Positions 17,143 through 26,438 of a stretch of DNA of 64,000 bases are shown here, piece after piece. How positions within the stretch are numbered: position 1 is the first letter of the stretch; each line of letters starts with the position of its first letter. The DNA is from Acidobacteriota bacterium (GTDB taxonomy: Bacteria; Acidobacteriota; UBA6911; RPQK01; JAJDTT01): positions 4,064,001-4,128,000 of the forward strand of contig OZ242374.1 in NCBI GenBank assembly GCA_965209055.1, read 5' to 3'. Under the pieces are notes generated by a model that worked only from the letters and a program-made list of their open reading frames with translations, was not told where the DNA came from and ran no database searches. The translations under genes and the position numbers were made by a program.

Positions 17143-18573
17143 GTGCGGGATCGTTGGCTGCGAAATCTGACGCGAAGGCATCTGTTCCAGGAATGCGGCA
17201 TCGGCCTGGGCAAGATTGCCCTGGCCGCCCTCTTGGCCGGGCCTCGAAGTCTGGCCTCGGGTGCGGCTCGGTCCCATCCCATGACGCCCCGGAGACCGCA
17301 CTACACGCCCCGTGTGGACCGGGTGATCTTTCTGTTCATGGCAGGGGCCCCGAGCCAGCTCGACCTCTTCGACTACAAGCCCGAGCTCCTCAAGTACGAC
17401 GGGACTTCCGTCCCTCAGGAAGTCGTGCGCGATCAGCGATACGCTTTCATTGAACGGGACGCCAACCTCATGGCCTCCCGCTTTTCCTTCAAACGTTACG
17501 GCCAGTCGGCAGCCGAGCTGTCGGAGATCATTCCCCGCATCGCCGGGATCGCCGACGACCTGGTCTTCATCAAATCCATGACCACCGACGTCTTCAATCA
17601 CGCCCCCGCCCAGATTTTCATGAACACGGGCACTTCACAGCTTGGACATCCCAGCCTGGGTTCGTGGGTCACCTACGGGCTGGGAAGCGAAGCGGAGGAT
17701 CTCCCCGGATTCGTGGTCCTGAGCACGGGGAACGGGACCAGTGGCGGACAGGCCAACTGGAGCTGTGGATTTCTGCCCACGGTGTTTCAGGGCGTGCCCT
17801 TCCGATCCCAGGGTGATCCGGTTCTCAACGTGAGCAATCCACCCGGAATCGACGATCGGCTCCAGCGGGACACTCTGGACCTGCTGCGAAATCTCAACCG
17901 CCACCATGCCGGCATCATCGGCGATCCGGAGATCTCCACCCGCATCAACTCTTACGAATTGGCCTACCGGATGCAGAGCAGCGCCCCCGAACTCATGGAC
18001 CTGTCGCAGGAGAGTCCGGCGACGCTGGAAATGTACGGGGCGAACCCGGGAGAGCCGTCGTTCGCTGGAAACTGCCTGCTGGCACGGCGGCTGGTGGAGC
18101 GTGGAGTCCGTTTCGTCAATGTGTATCATTCCGGCTGGGATCACCATTCGGATGTCAAAGGCGGTCTCATCAAGCAGTGCGGTCTCACGGATCAGGCCTC
18201 GGCAGCCCTGGTCCGTGACCTGAAGCAACGTGGGTTGCTGGAGCGGACGCTGGTGATCTGGGGAGGGGAATTCGGACGGACCCCCATGGTGGAAAGCAAC
18301 GTGGCCCTGGGCCGGAAGATGGGCCGGGATCACCATCCCCAGGCCTTCACCATGTGGATGGCCGGAGGAGGACTCAAGGTCGGCCAGACCATCGGCCGCA
18401 CCGATGATCTGGGATTCCACATCGTGGAGAATTCCATCCATGTCCACGACCTTCAGGCCACGATCCTGCATCTCCTGGGGTTCGACCATACGCGTCTGAC
18501 CTTCCGCTTCAAGGGACGGGACTTTCGCTTGACCGACGTGGGAGGGAGAGTCATCCAAGAAATCCTGGCGTGA
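17143..18573 (+). CDS. DUF1501 domain protein (Tat signal)
   Basis: TRRHLF, VIFLFMAGAPSQLDLFDYKP, GWDHH, WGGEFGRTP, GRDHHP. Confidence 0.92.
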   Translation: MRDRWLRNLTRRHLFQECGIGLGKIALAALLAGPRSLASGAARSHPMTPRRPHYTPRVDRVIFLFMAGAPSQLDLFDYKPELLKYDGTSVPQEVVRDQRYAFIERDANLMASRFSFKRYGQSAAELSEIIPRIAGIADDLVFIKSMTTDVFNHAPAQIFMNTGTSQLGHPSLGSWVTYGLGSEAEDLPGFVVLSTGNGTSGGQANWSCGFLPTVFQGVPFRSQGDPVLNVSNPPGIDDRLQRDTLDLLRNLNRHHAGIIGDPEISTRINSYELAYRMQSSAPELMDLSQESPATLEMYGANPGEPSFAGNCLLARRLVERGVRFVNVYHSGWDHHSDVKGGLIKQCGLTDQASAALVRDLKQRGLLERTLVIWGGEFGRTPMVESNVALGRKMGRDHHPQAFTMWMAGGGLKVGQTIGRTDDLGFHIVENSIHVHDLQATILHLLGFDHTRLTFRFKGRDFRLTDVGGRVIQEILA

Positions 18574-19919
18574 GGTCCGTCGTTCTGTCAGCTATGCCCC
18601 GAACCACCCTGGCGATCTTTTTTCTGCTCCTTTCCGTTGCGTGGGGCGAGGACCGGAAATCGGGAGAGGCGGACCGCTACTGGCCTCAATGGAGGGGGCC
18701 TTTGGGGACCGGAGTCGGGCCTGAAGCCGATCCGCCGGTCGACTGGAGCGAATCCCGGAACCTCCTCTGGAAGAAGGAACTTCCGGGACTCGGTCACTCG
18801 ACGCCCATCGTCTGGGGGAACCGGATCTATGTGACGGCCGCCATTCCCGTGGGAGAGGCGCTTGGCCCCATCTACGATGACGCGCCCGGTTCCCACGGAA
18901 ACCTTCCCGTGACCCACCGCCAAGCCTTCACGGTTCTGGCTCTGGACCGGGGCAGCGGAGAAGTGGTTTGGAAACGGACCGTGCGCACGAGCCTGCCCCA
19001 CGAGGGAGGGCACTACACTGCGAGTCTGGCCTCCGCCTCACCGCTCACCGACGGTCAGCGGGTGCTGGCGTACTTCGGTTCCCAGGGGATCTACTGTCTG
19101 AGCCCGGACGGCGAGGTGCAGTGGAAGAAGCAACTGGGTGTGATGAGGACCAGACACGGCCATGGGGAAGGGAGCTCTCCGGTCCTGTACGGAACAACGT
19201 TGGTCGTCAACTGGGACCATGAAGGCCAATCGTTCGTCGTCGCCCTGGACAAGCGGACCGGAAAAGAACGCTGGAAGATCCCCCGTAACGAGGTGACCTC
19301 GTGGGCGACCCCCATTGCCGTCGAGCAGGACGGCGTGGTTCAGGTCATCGTCGCCGGCACCAGCCGGGTTCGCGGATACGATTTGGAAACGGGCAAGGTG
19401 ATCTGGGAGTGCGGCGGTTTGGCATCCAATATCGTGGCCTCTCCCGTGGCGGGCGACGGAATGGCCTTCGTGGGGAGCAGCTACGAGAAACGTGTCCTGC
19501 TGGCGATTCGCCTGGACGGCGCGCGGGGAGACGTTACGGGAACGGACCGGGTGGCCTGGACTCGGCAACGGACCACACCGTACGTTCCCTCACCCTTGCT
19601 GTATGACGGCACCCTGTATTTCCTGGCGCACTACCAGAGCGTGTTGACACGGGTCGAAGCCCGGACCGGGCAGGATCGGCCCGGTCCCATGCGCCTGGGC
19701 GGGATCGACAACGTTTACGCTTCACCGGTGGCCGCTTCAGGACGGGTTTACGTCACGGACCTGAAGGGGACGACCCTGGTTCTGAGTCATGAGGAGACGC
19801 CCCGTGCCCTGGCGGTCAATCAGTTGGAGGACCGCTTCAACGCCTCGGCGGCACTGGTTGGCCGCCAGCTCTTTCTGCGGGGCGAAAAAAACCTTTACGC
19901 CATCGGTCCTGCGCCTTGA
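18570..19919 (+). CDS. PQQ-like beta-propeller protein
   Basis: WPQWRGPLGTG, LWKKELPGLGHSTPIVWG, repeated ASP/SSP blades, LFLRGEKNLYAI. Confidence 0.88.
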   Translation: MRSVVLSAMPRTTLAIFFLLLSVAWGEDRKSGEADRYWPQWRGPLGTGVGPEADPPVDWSESRNLLWKKELPGLGHSTPIVWGNRIYVTAAIPVGEALGPIYDDAPGSHGNLPVTHRQAFTVLALDRGSGEVVWKRTVRTSLPHEGGHYTASLASASPLTDGQRVLAYFGSQGIYCLSPDGEVQWKKQLGVMRTRHGHGEGSSPVLYGTTLVVNWDHEGQSFVVALDKRTGKERWKIPRNEVTSWATPIAVEQDGVVQVIVAGTSRVRGYDLETGKVIWECGGLASNIVASPVAGDGMAFVGSSYEKRVLLAIRLDGARGDVTGTDRVAWTRQRTTPYVPSPLLYDGTLYFLAHYQSVLTRVEARTGQDRPGPMRLGGIDNVYASPVAASGRVYVTDLKGTTLVLSHEETPRALAVNQLEDRFNASAALVGRQLFLRGEKNLYAIGPAP

Positions 19920-20000
19920 TCTCCTGTCGGAGTATTGGCGGTCCGCCGTGAACTTCGGCTACACTGACGGCGGCAATAGTCTCCAATCATCCAAAGCATC

Positions 20001-21275
20001 GTGAAGCCGTTTCGCTTCGTACACTCTGCCGACCTGCATCTGGACAGTCCTTTCACCGGGTTGAAATCCAGCGTTCCGGAGCATGTCGCCAAGAGCCTTC
20101 GGCAAGCGACATTCGACGCCTACGAAAACATCGTCGATCTCTGCATCACCGAAGGAGTTGACGCACTTCTCATTGCGGGGGACGTCTACGACGGAGCCGA
20201 CCGCAGCCTACGCGCTCAGCGCCGGTTCATCGAAGGGCTCGACCGGCTCCACCAAAACGGGATTCGTTCCTTCGTCTGCCATGGCAACCACGATCCCCTG
20301 GACGGATGGGAGGCTCGGCTCCGGTACCCGCCGAGCTGTCATCGATTCGGCTCCAAATTCCAGGCGGTGGAGGTCTTCGAGAATGAGCCGGGACGCGCCG
20401 TGGTGCACGGAGTGAGTTATCCGACCCGCAACGTCAAGAGGAACCTGGTCCGACGGATGGACCGGGTCGATCCCCTGTTTTTCAACGTCGGCCTGCTGCA
20501 CGCGAACGTGGACAACGACGCGAACCATTTGGCCTACGCCCCCTGCGCTCTGAGCGACCTGGCCGACACGGGGGTCGACTATTGGGCTCTGGGACATGTC
20601 CACACCCGGCGCGTGCTGAATGCGCAGAGCCCGACCGTGGTCTACCCGGGGAATCCACAGGGCCGGCACCTGAATGAGACGGGGGCCCGCGGAGTGTACC
20701 TGGTGACGGTGGACGAATCGGGCCGGATCGAGCTCGAATTCCGTCCCGTGGATACCGTCCGCTGGGAGCGGCTGCATGTCGATATCGCCGAGGCCGAGAC
20801 GGAGCAGAATCTGCTGGATGATCTGCACCGGCGTGTCGGGGAAGCTCTCGAGCAGGGAGAGGGCCGTTCGCTGGTGTTGCGGATGACGCTGAGCGGCCGT
20901 GGAGGCCTGCACCGCTTCCTCCGCCAACCCGGATCCATCGACGACTTGACGGACGAATTGAATCGCGCGTCCGCCGATTTGCACCCCTTCGCCTGGTGCG
21001 AGCGAATCGAGGACCGGACGGCGGGGCCGTTTGATCGGGAGGAGAGGCTTCAGGGCTCCGATTTCGTGGCGGATCTGCTCCGTCTCTGCGACCAGGCCAA
21101 GAAGGATCCCGAGTTGCTGGGGAAGTTGAGGGAGAGCCTCTCGGAACTCTTTCACCATTGGAAGTACCGGCGTTACCTCAAGGATGCCGTTCCGGACGAT
21201 CCCGCTCTCTCCGGCCTGTTGGACGAGGCCGAGTCCATGGCCTTGAATCTGCTGGTCGAGGACGACGTGCCGTGA
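20001..21275 (+). CDS. SbcD/Mre11-like DNA repair exonuclease (YhaO-like)
   Basis: HSADLHLDSPF, AGDVYD, GNHD, LGHVH, YPGNPQGR. Confidence 0.92.
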   Translation: MKPFRFVHSADLHLDSPFTGLKSSVPEHVAKSLRQATFDAYENIVDLCITEGVDALLIAGDVYDGADRSLRAQRRFIEGLDRLHQNGIRSFVCHGNHDPLDGWEARLRYPPSCHRFGSKFQAVEVFENEPGRAVVHGVSYPTRNVKRNLVRRMDRVDPLFFNVGLLHANVDNDANHLAYAPCALSDLADTGVDYWALGHVHTRRVLNAQSPTVVYPGNPQGRHLNETGARGVYLVTVDESGRIELEFRPVDTVRWERLHVDIAEAETEQNLLDDLHRRVGEALEQGEGRSLVLRMTLSGRGGLHRFLRQPGSIDDLTDELNRASADLHPFAWCERIEDRTAGPFDREERLQGSDFVADLLRLCDQAKKDPELLGKLRESLSELFHHWKYRRYLKDAVPDDPALSGLLDEAESMALNLLVEDDVP

Positions 21276-24200
21276 GGATTCAGGGGTTCCGGATCGACGG
21301 CTTCGGGCGATTTGCCGATCACTCCGTGGGGCCGTTGGACAATCCGCTCACGCTGATCTACGGCCCCAACGAAGCGGGTAAGAGCACCTACCTGGCGTTC
21401 ATCCGCACCATTCTCTTCGGATTCCCCCGGCGGCTCGGACACCGCCACTATCCGCCGTTGTCCGGGGGCCGTCACGGCGGAAGTATCGACCTGGTCGGAG
21501 GCGACGGCGGACGCTACGTGGTCCATCGCGTTCAGGGCCGGGGCGCCGGTCCCGTGACGGTCACTGGCGGGAACGGAGAAGTCCTCGACAAGGGAGTCCT
21601 GGCCCAGTTGTTGGGACACCATAGCCGCGACGTCTTCGAAAGTGTCTTTGCCTTCACCCTCGAAGATCTCCACAGCGGCGACCTATTGGGAAAATCCAGC
21701 GTGAACAGCCAGATCTACAGCGCCGGCATGGGAGTCACCAAGCTTCCCCAGGCCGTGAAAAAACTCCAGGCGGAGCGTGCAACGCTGTTCCTCAAAGGGG
21801 GCAGCGTCAACCGGATTGCCCGGACCGCCAGAGAGTTGGATGAAGTCGAGACGAGACTTCGAGACGTCGCCAACAATGCCGTCGAGTTCGGACGCCTCAC
21901 CACCCGTCTCCAGGAGGTCGAGTCAAGACTCTCGGACCTGAAGCGGGTCCGGCGCCAGGGCCAGAGCCGTCTCGATCATCGGCGCCAATTGCAGGATGCC
22001 TGGGAGGATTGGAACGACCTGATCGGCGTCGATCGGCAATTGGTCGAACTTCCGGTCATCGAGGATTTTCCGGTCGACGGGATACGCCGCCTGGAAGCCC
22101 TGGAGGAGCGTTTGAGGGGCGCCAGGCGGGAATACGATTCCGCCCGAACCGGCGTCGAGGAAGCCAGAGCAAAGACGACGGTCCGGATCGAGCATGCCGC
22201 CATCGTTGACAGCGCGGTAGAAATCAGGAACCTGGCACGGCTCCGAGGGGCGTTCGACAAATCGGTGCGCGACCTTCCAAAGCGTCAGGCGGAACTTGAG
22301 AACTACCGGAACGATCTGCTCAAGACCCTTCAGGAGTTGGGACCGGACTGGGACGAACAGCGGCTGGAACACTTCGACCTGTCGCTCGCCGTCCGTGAGG
22401 AGATATCCGAGCACGAAGAACGGCTGCGGCGGGCACGGGAAGGGCTGAGGCGAAGTGAATCGTCCCATGAGCAGGCGGAAGGGCTGCTGAAGGAGGCGTC
22501 CCAATCGGTCGATAGAGCGAAAAAGGAGTTGGAAGCGGACCCCAGGCCGGAGTACGACGCCGACGGGGTCAGGAGGCGCCGATCCGAGGTCCGCAGGGCC
22601 AGGGCGCAGTTGAACCGGTATGAGCGTGAGGTGCAGCGGGCTTCGGACCTGAAGCGGCAACTGGATGGCGTTTATCGAGCGGGTTCACCGGCAGCCGGGA
22701 ACGCCATGATGTGGCTCGCGGTGCTCTGCGCGGCTATTGGCATCGTCCTGGCCGTGGCGGGAGTCATGGGGGGCGGGGCGATTCTGGCCATGGGCGTGGT
22801 CACGAGCCTGATCCTGATCGCCTTGGCCGTCTACTTCCTTGTCCGGAACCGCGCCGGCGCAGGGACGGCGGAATCGCCGATTGCGGATCCGATCCGGCGT
22901 TCGCTGGAAGATGCCCGCCGCCGGCACTTGGACATGCGGGCCGGGCTGGGTAAGACCGCCCTCGAGATGGGGCTCAAGGAGATCAATGAGTCCGTCCTCA
23001 CCGATGCCGAGGAGTCCTTGGATGCAGAGAACCTGCGACTCGCACAACGGGAACGGTTGCGTCAGGCCTTGAAGCGGGCGAAGGAGTCCATGCGGGAGCG
23101 AGCTGCCAGGAAGGACGAAGCGGGAGAGAACGTGGCCCGGGCGCGGGCGCGGGTCGACGCTGCGAGAAAGGACTGGCGCGCCTGGCTTGAAGAGCGCAGT
23201 TTGCACACGACCTTCACGCCGGAAGCCATGGGCGAGCTCCGAGGACAGATCGAGTTGGGGAGAAACCGATTCGCCGAGGTTCGAAACTGGCGCCAGCGCA
23301 TCGCGGGCATTCGCGAGGATATCGATTCCTACGCGGCGATGGTGGGGCCGCTGGCTTCCTCTTTCGATGTCGATTTCGATCCTGGCGACGCCCATGCGGT
23401 CGGCAGGACGGCTGACGCCTTGATCGACCTTGACGAACGGGTCCGCCGGAAGTTGCAGGATCGGGCCAACGCGACCACGGAGTTGCACACGGCGGAGTCG
23501 GAGCTGAAAGAGCGGGAAAAACGGCTCGCTGCCGCGGAATCCGAGTTGAGGCGGCTTCTTGGGTCCGGCGGCGCCACGGATGCCGAACACTTTCGGAAGC
23601 GCGCCGAGCGCTTCCGGCAGCGCGCCGAGCTGGACGAGCGGAGGCGAGAGGTTCTGAGCCGGCTCCAGCGCATCAGCGGCCCCGGAGAACTCCTGGACTC
23701 GCTGATGCAAAGACTCGAAAATATCGACCTTCAGTCGATCCTGGCCCGGATCAACCAGGTCCGGGATGAACTCGACGAAGCCGACAAGGAAATCCAGTCC
23801 CTGTCCACCGAGCGTGGCGGCATCCGCAGCGATCTGGATCGGCTCATCGGAGAGGAACAGTCCTCAGGATGGCGGATGGAACGCCACCTGCTCCTGGAAC
23901 AGATCCGGGGCCATGCCCGGGAATGGGTCATTCGAACGCTGGTCCAACAACTTTTGGAATCGGCGCAGAGCAAGTTCGAGAAGGAGCGGCAGCCCGGCGT
24001 CGTCCGGCATGCGGAGAGATTCTTCGATCGCATCACCGGGAGCCGGTACCCTCAGGTCTACGCTCCCCTGGGCGAAAGGACCATCATCGTCACCGAAGGC
24101 GCGGGTCACCGCAAATCGCCGGACGAGTTGAGCCGGGGCACGCGGGAGCAGTTGTTCCTGTCGTTGCGTTTCGGATTGATCCGGGAACTGGGCCTGCGGA

Positions 24201-24394
24201 CGGAGCCGTTGCCTGTCGTCGTGGACGAAGTTCTGGTGAACTTCGATCCCGACCGTGCCCTGCGGGCGGCCCGGGCCTTTGTGGAGTTGTCGCGGACCAA
24301 CCAGATCCTGGTCTTCACCTGTCACCCCGCAGTCGTTGAATTGTTCCAAGAGGCGGCCGGGGAGAAAAGCCCGGATCTCATCCGGATTGGTTAA
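21272..24394 (+). CDS. YhaN-like SMC/Rad50-type ATPase (AAA_27)
   Basis: GTG 21272 overlaps yhaO stop; Walker A YGPNEAGKST, long coiled coils, central TM hairpin, LSRGTREQL signature, VVVDEVLVNFD, FTCH. Confidence 0.9.
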   Translation: MRIQGFRIDGFGRFADHSVGPLDNPLTLIYGPNEAGKSTYLAFIRTILFGFPRRLGHRHYPPLSGGRHGGSIDLVGGDGGRYVVHRVQGRGAGPVTVTGGNGEVLDKGVLAQLLGHHSRDVFESVFAFTLEDLHSGDLLGKSSVNSQIYSAGMGVTKLPQAVKKLQAERATLFLKGGSVNRIARTARELDEVETRLRDVANNAVEFGRLTTRLQEVESRLSDLKRVRRQGQSRLDHRRQLQDAWEDWNDLIGVDRQLVELPVIEDFPVDGIRRLEALEERLRGARREYDSARTGVEEARAKTTVRIEHAAIVDSAVEIRNLARLRGAFDKSVRDLPKRQAELENYRNDLLKTLQELGPDWDEQRLEHFDLSLAVREEISEHEERLRRAREGLRRSESSHEQAEGLLKEASQSVDRAKKELEADPRPEYDADGVRRRRSEVRRARAQLNRYEREVQRASDLKRQLDGVYRAGSPAAGNAMMWLAVLCAAIGIVLAVAGVMGGGAILAMGVVTSLILIALAVYFLVRNRAGAGTAESPIADPIRRSLEDARRRHLDMRAGLGKTALEMGLKEINESVLTDAEESLDAENLRLAQRERLRQALKRAKESMRERAARKDEAGENVARARARVDAARKDWRAWLEERSLHTTFTPEAMGELRGQIELGRNRFAEVRNWRQRIAGIREDIDSYAAMVGPLASSFDVDFDPGDAHAVGRTADALIDLDERVRRKLQDRANATTELHTAESELKEREKRLAAAESELRRLLGSGGATDAEHFRKRAERFRQRAELDERRREVLSRLQRISGPGELLDSLMQRLENIDLQSILARINQVRDELDEADKEIQSLSTERGGIRSDLDRLIGEEQSSGWRMERHLLLEQIRGHAREWVIRTLVQQLLESAQSKFEKERQPGVVRHAERFFDRITGSRYPQVYAPLGERTIIVTEGAGHRKSPDELSRGTREQLFLSLRFGLIRELGLRTEPLPVVVDEVLVNFDPDRALRAARAFVELSRTNQILVFTCHPAVVELFQEAAGEKSPDLIRIG

Positions 24395-24619
24395 CTTGTT
24401 GACAATCGGTGTCCACAACCTGTTCAATATTGTTCCCGACGAGAACACAGTTGGACAGTCGCGGAGTGGGCGACTCGGAGATTCCGCTGGCAACTGGATT
24501 ATCGACTCGCCGGGCATCTTCGTATTCTCGCGCCGGTCGGCCCCGTTCGGCTTCAACGGTGAATTTCTCTACGCTCGCTACAGTTTTCGGCGGTAACTAA
24601 TCGTACGTGTGCACGTGGA

Positions 24620-25465
24620 ATGGAGTTGAAGCAAATGAAGAAGAAAATCACCTCTCTCGCTATCCTGGTGTTCGGATTTCAGGGAATGGCGGCGGCACAG
24701 GATTCCATCTATTCGGCGGGCGGCGACGTCGCCATGGTCAGCAAGTACCTGTGGCGCGGGCAACGGTTGACCAACGACTGGAGTATGCAACCGGCGTTCA
24801 CACTGGGAATCGGCGGATTCTCCGCCAATATCTGGGGAACCATGGATCTGACCGCCGTGAACCCGGGTGATGCGTTGCCGATCCAGCCGGGTGATGGATT
24901 GAAGGGAAAATTTTCCGAGGTCGATTACACCTTTTCCTACGATCATTCCGTGGAAGGCGCCACCATCAGCGTCGGTACGATCTTATATACGTTTCCCGAG
25001 CGCTCGGCTTCACTGGCGTCGACGACCGAGATCTACGGGGGAGTGACCTTGGACAATGCGCCGCTGGCCCCTTCGTTCACCCTTTACGTCGACGTGGATG
25101 AGACGAGCAACGGCGGCAGTACCGGTCTGTATTTTCAGATGGCTGCCGGACACAGTTTTCCCCTCAATCACGACGTCTTCTCCAGCTTCGATCTGTCGGC
25201 GACGTTGGCGATGGTGAACACCGGATTCACCGACTTCTACTACGGCGTGAGTTCCGGTGGTCTTCATGACGCCAGTCTCACGGCGACCCTTCCCATCACC
25301 ATCAACGACAACTGGTCCGCGGGTTTCTTCGTCACCTACAGCGGCCTCATCGGTCAGGAGATTCGCGACAGCCAGTTTCAGGATCCTCGGGAGGTGCCCA
25401 AGGCGACCGGCGCCGACCTGGCGGACACGCTCTGGGGCGGGTTTACGCTGAGCGTGGCGTTCTAG
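24620..25465 (+). CDS. TorF/Gcw_chp-like outer-membrane porin
   Basis: Signal peptide, SKYLWRG, EVDY, EIYGGV, terminal Phe (SVAF); alternative start at 24635. Confidence 0.65.
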   Translation: MELKQMKKKITSLAILVFGFQGMAAAQDSIYSAGGDVAMVSKYLWRGQRLTNDWSMQPAFTLGIGGFSANIWGTMDLTAVNPGDALPIQPGDGLKGKFSEVDYTFSYDHSVEGATISVGTILYTFPERSASLASTTEIYGGVTLDNAPLAPSFTLYVDVDETSNGGSTGLYFQMAAGHSFPLNHDVFSSFDLSATLAMVNTGFTDFYYGVSSGGLHDASLTATLPITINDNWSAGFFVTYSGLIGQEIRDSQFQDPREVPKATGADLADTLWGGFTLSVAF

Positions 25466-25569
25466 CCACTCCGCATCGTAGCGAACTTCCGTGCGGTTTT
25501 CGGGGGCGGTCCAGTTCCTGCTTGGGGGTCCGGTCTTCCTTCAGGCGCCTGTCGACTCCGTCCCCGCCG

Positions 25570-26403
25570 TCAAAGCTCCAGCTTGCCGTCGAAGACCATG
25601 TCCTTGAGCTTGAACTTCTTGGACACCTTGCGGCCCACGAGCCGGGTGACGAACTCGATGTTCTTTTCCTTCAAGGTGATAGGATTCGACGTGGGGCGCG
25701 GAAAGACGAAGATCAATTCGAAGCCGGACTGCCCGGTTCGTGCATTCAGAAGGTGAACCTGGTCCTTTTGCATCTGGACGGCCTCGAGTGCAATCGGCTC
25801 GCGGCCCTTGATCTTGAGGAAAGATTCGGACCTGAGCCTTTCTACGACGGCCTGTCGCCGGTCGGCCGGAATCCGGGTCATGCGGGCCGGCAGTCCTGAA
25901 ACGCCGATGATGATGTAGTTCACTTCCGGTGCCAGGAGCTCGGCCAGTTCGGCTGTCGACTCCGCCTGTTCGCCGAACCGGGCCCGCGCGAAAGCCTGCT
26001 TGATGGGCAGGGCGCTGTACCAGCGCAGCGTCAAATTCATGGCGGGGGGAAAGCCCCTGCCCATGCCGCGGCCGCCGAACCCTCTGCCACCGCCACGACC
26101 GCCACCGACCCCGCCGCCGCCACCGACTCCCCCGCCGCCGCCGAGACCGCCACCGGACCCGAAACCCCGGCCCGACCGGTTGGGTCCGTCGCGGCGGCCC
26201 GTTCTCATGGTGGTTCCCCTGACGCCCCGCGTCCGCTGCAAGCTGATGGTCATCTCCTTCGCCCAGGGAGACTTGTTGAGCATCCGCATCACTTCCTTCT
26301 CGGACCAATCGGAGTACGCGGATTCCTTCCAGAATTTTCGGGGCCAGACCGGGGCGGTGGTCAGCAACAGGATGCAGGAAACAAGCAGGATCGATTTCCT
26401 CAT
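25570..26403 (-). CDS. Exported hypothetical protein with Gly/Arg-rich insertion
   Basis: Signal peptide; WSEKEVMRMLNKSPWAK, RWYSALPIKQA, KFKLKDMVFDGKLEL; poly-Gly tract. Confidence 0.75.
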   Translation of the reverse strand: MRKSILLVSCILLLTTAPVWPRKFWKESAYSDWSEKEVMRMLNKSPWAKEMTISLQRTRGVRGTTMRTGRRDGPNRSGRGFGSGGGLGGGGGVGGGGGVGGGRGGGRGFGGRGMGRGFPPAMNLTLRWYSALPIKQAFARARFGEQAESTAELAELLAPEVNYIIIGVSGLPARMTRIPADRRQAVVERLRSESFLKIKGREPIALEAVQMQKDQVHLLNARTGQSGFELIFVFPRPTSNPITLKEKNIEFVTRLVGRKVSKKFKLKDMVFDGKLEL

Positions 26404-26438
26404 GAGTGAACCTCGATGATCAACGGACGGCCACGAAT

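Noticed and set aside
20001-24394. Known anti-phage system (Wadjet/Lamassu) or canonical sbcCD
   Set aside because: No accessory subunits; architecture matches YhaO/YhaN
24430-24620. Riboswitch or ncRNA in long intergenic regions (also 58930-59134 and 62377-62591)
   Set aside because: No conserved riboswitch, tRNA or other ncRNA motif recognisable by eye; needs an Rfam/Infernal search
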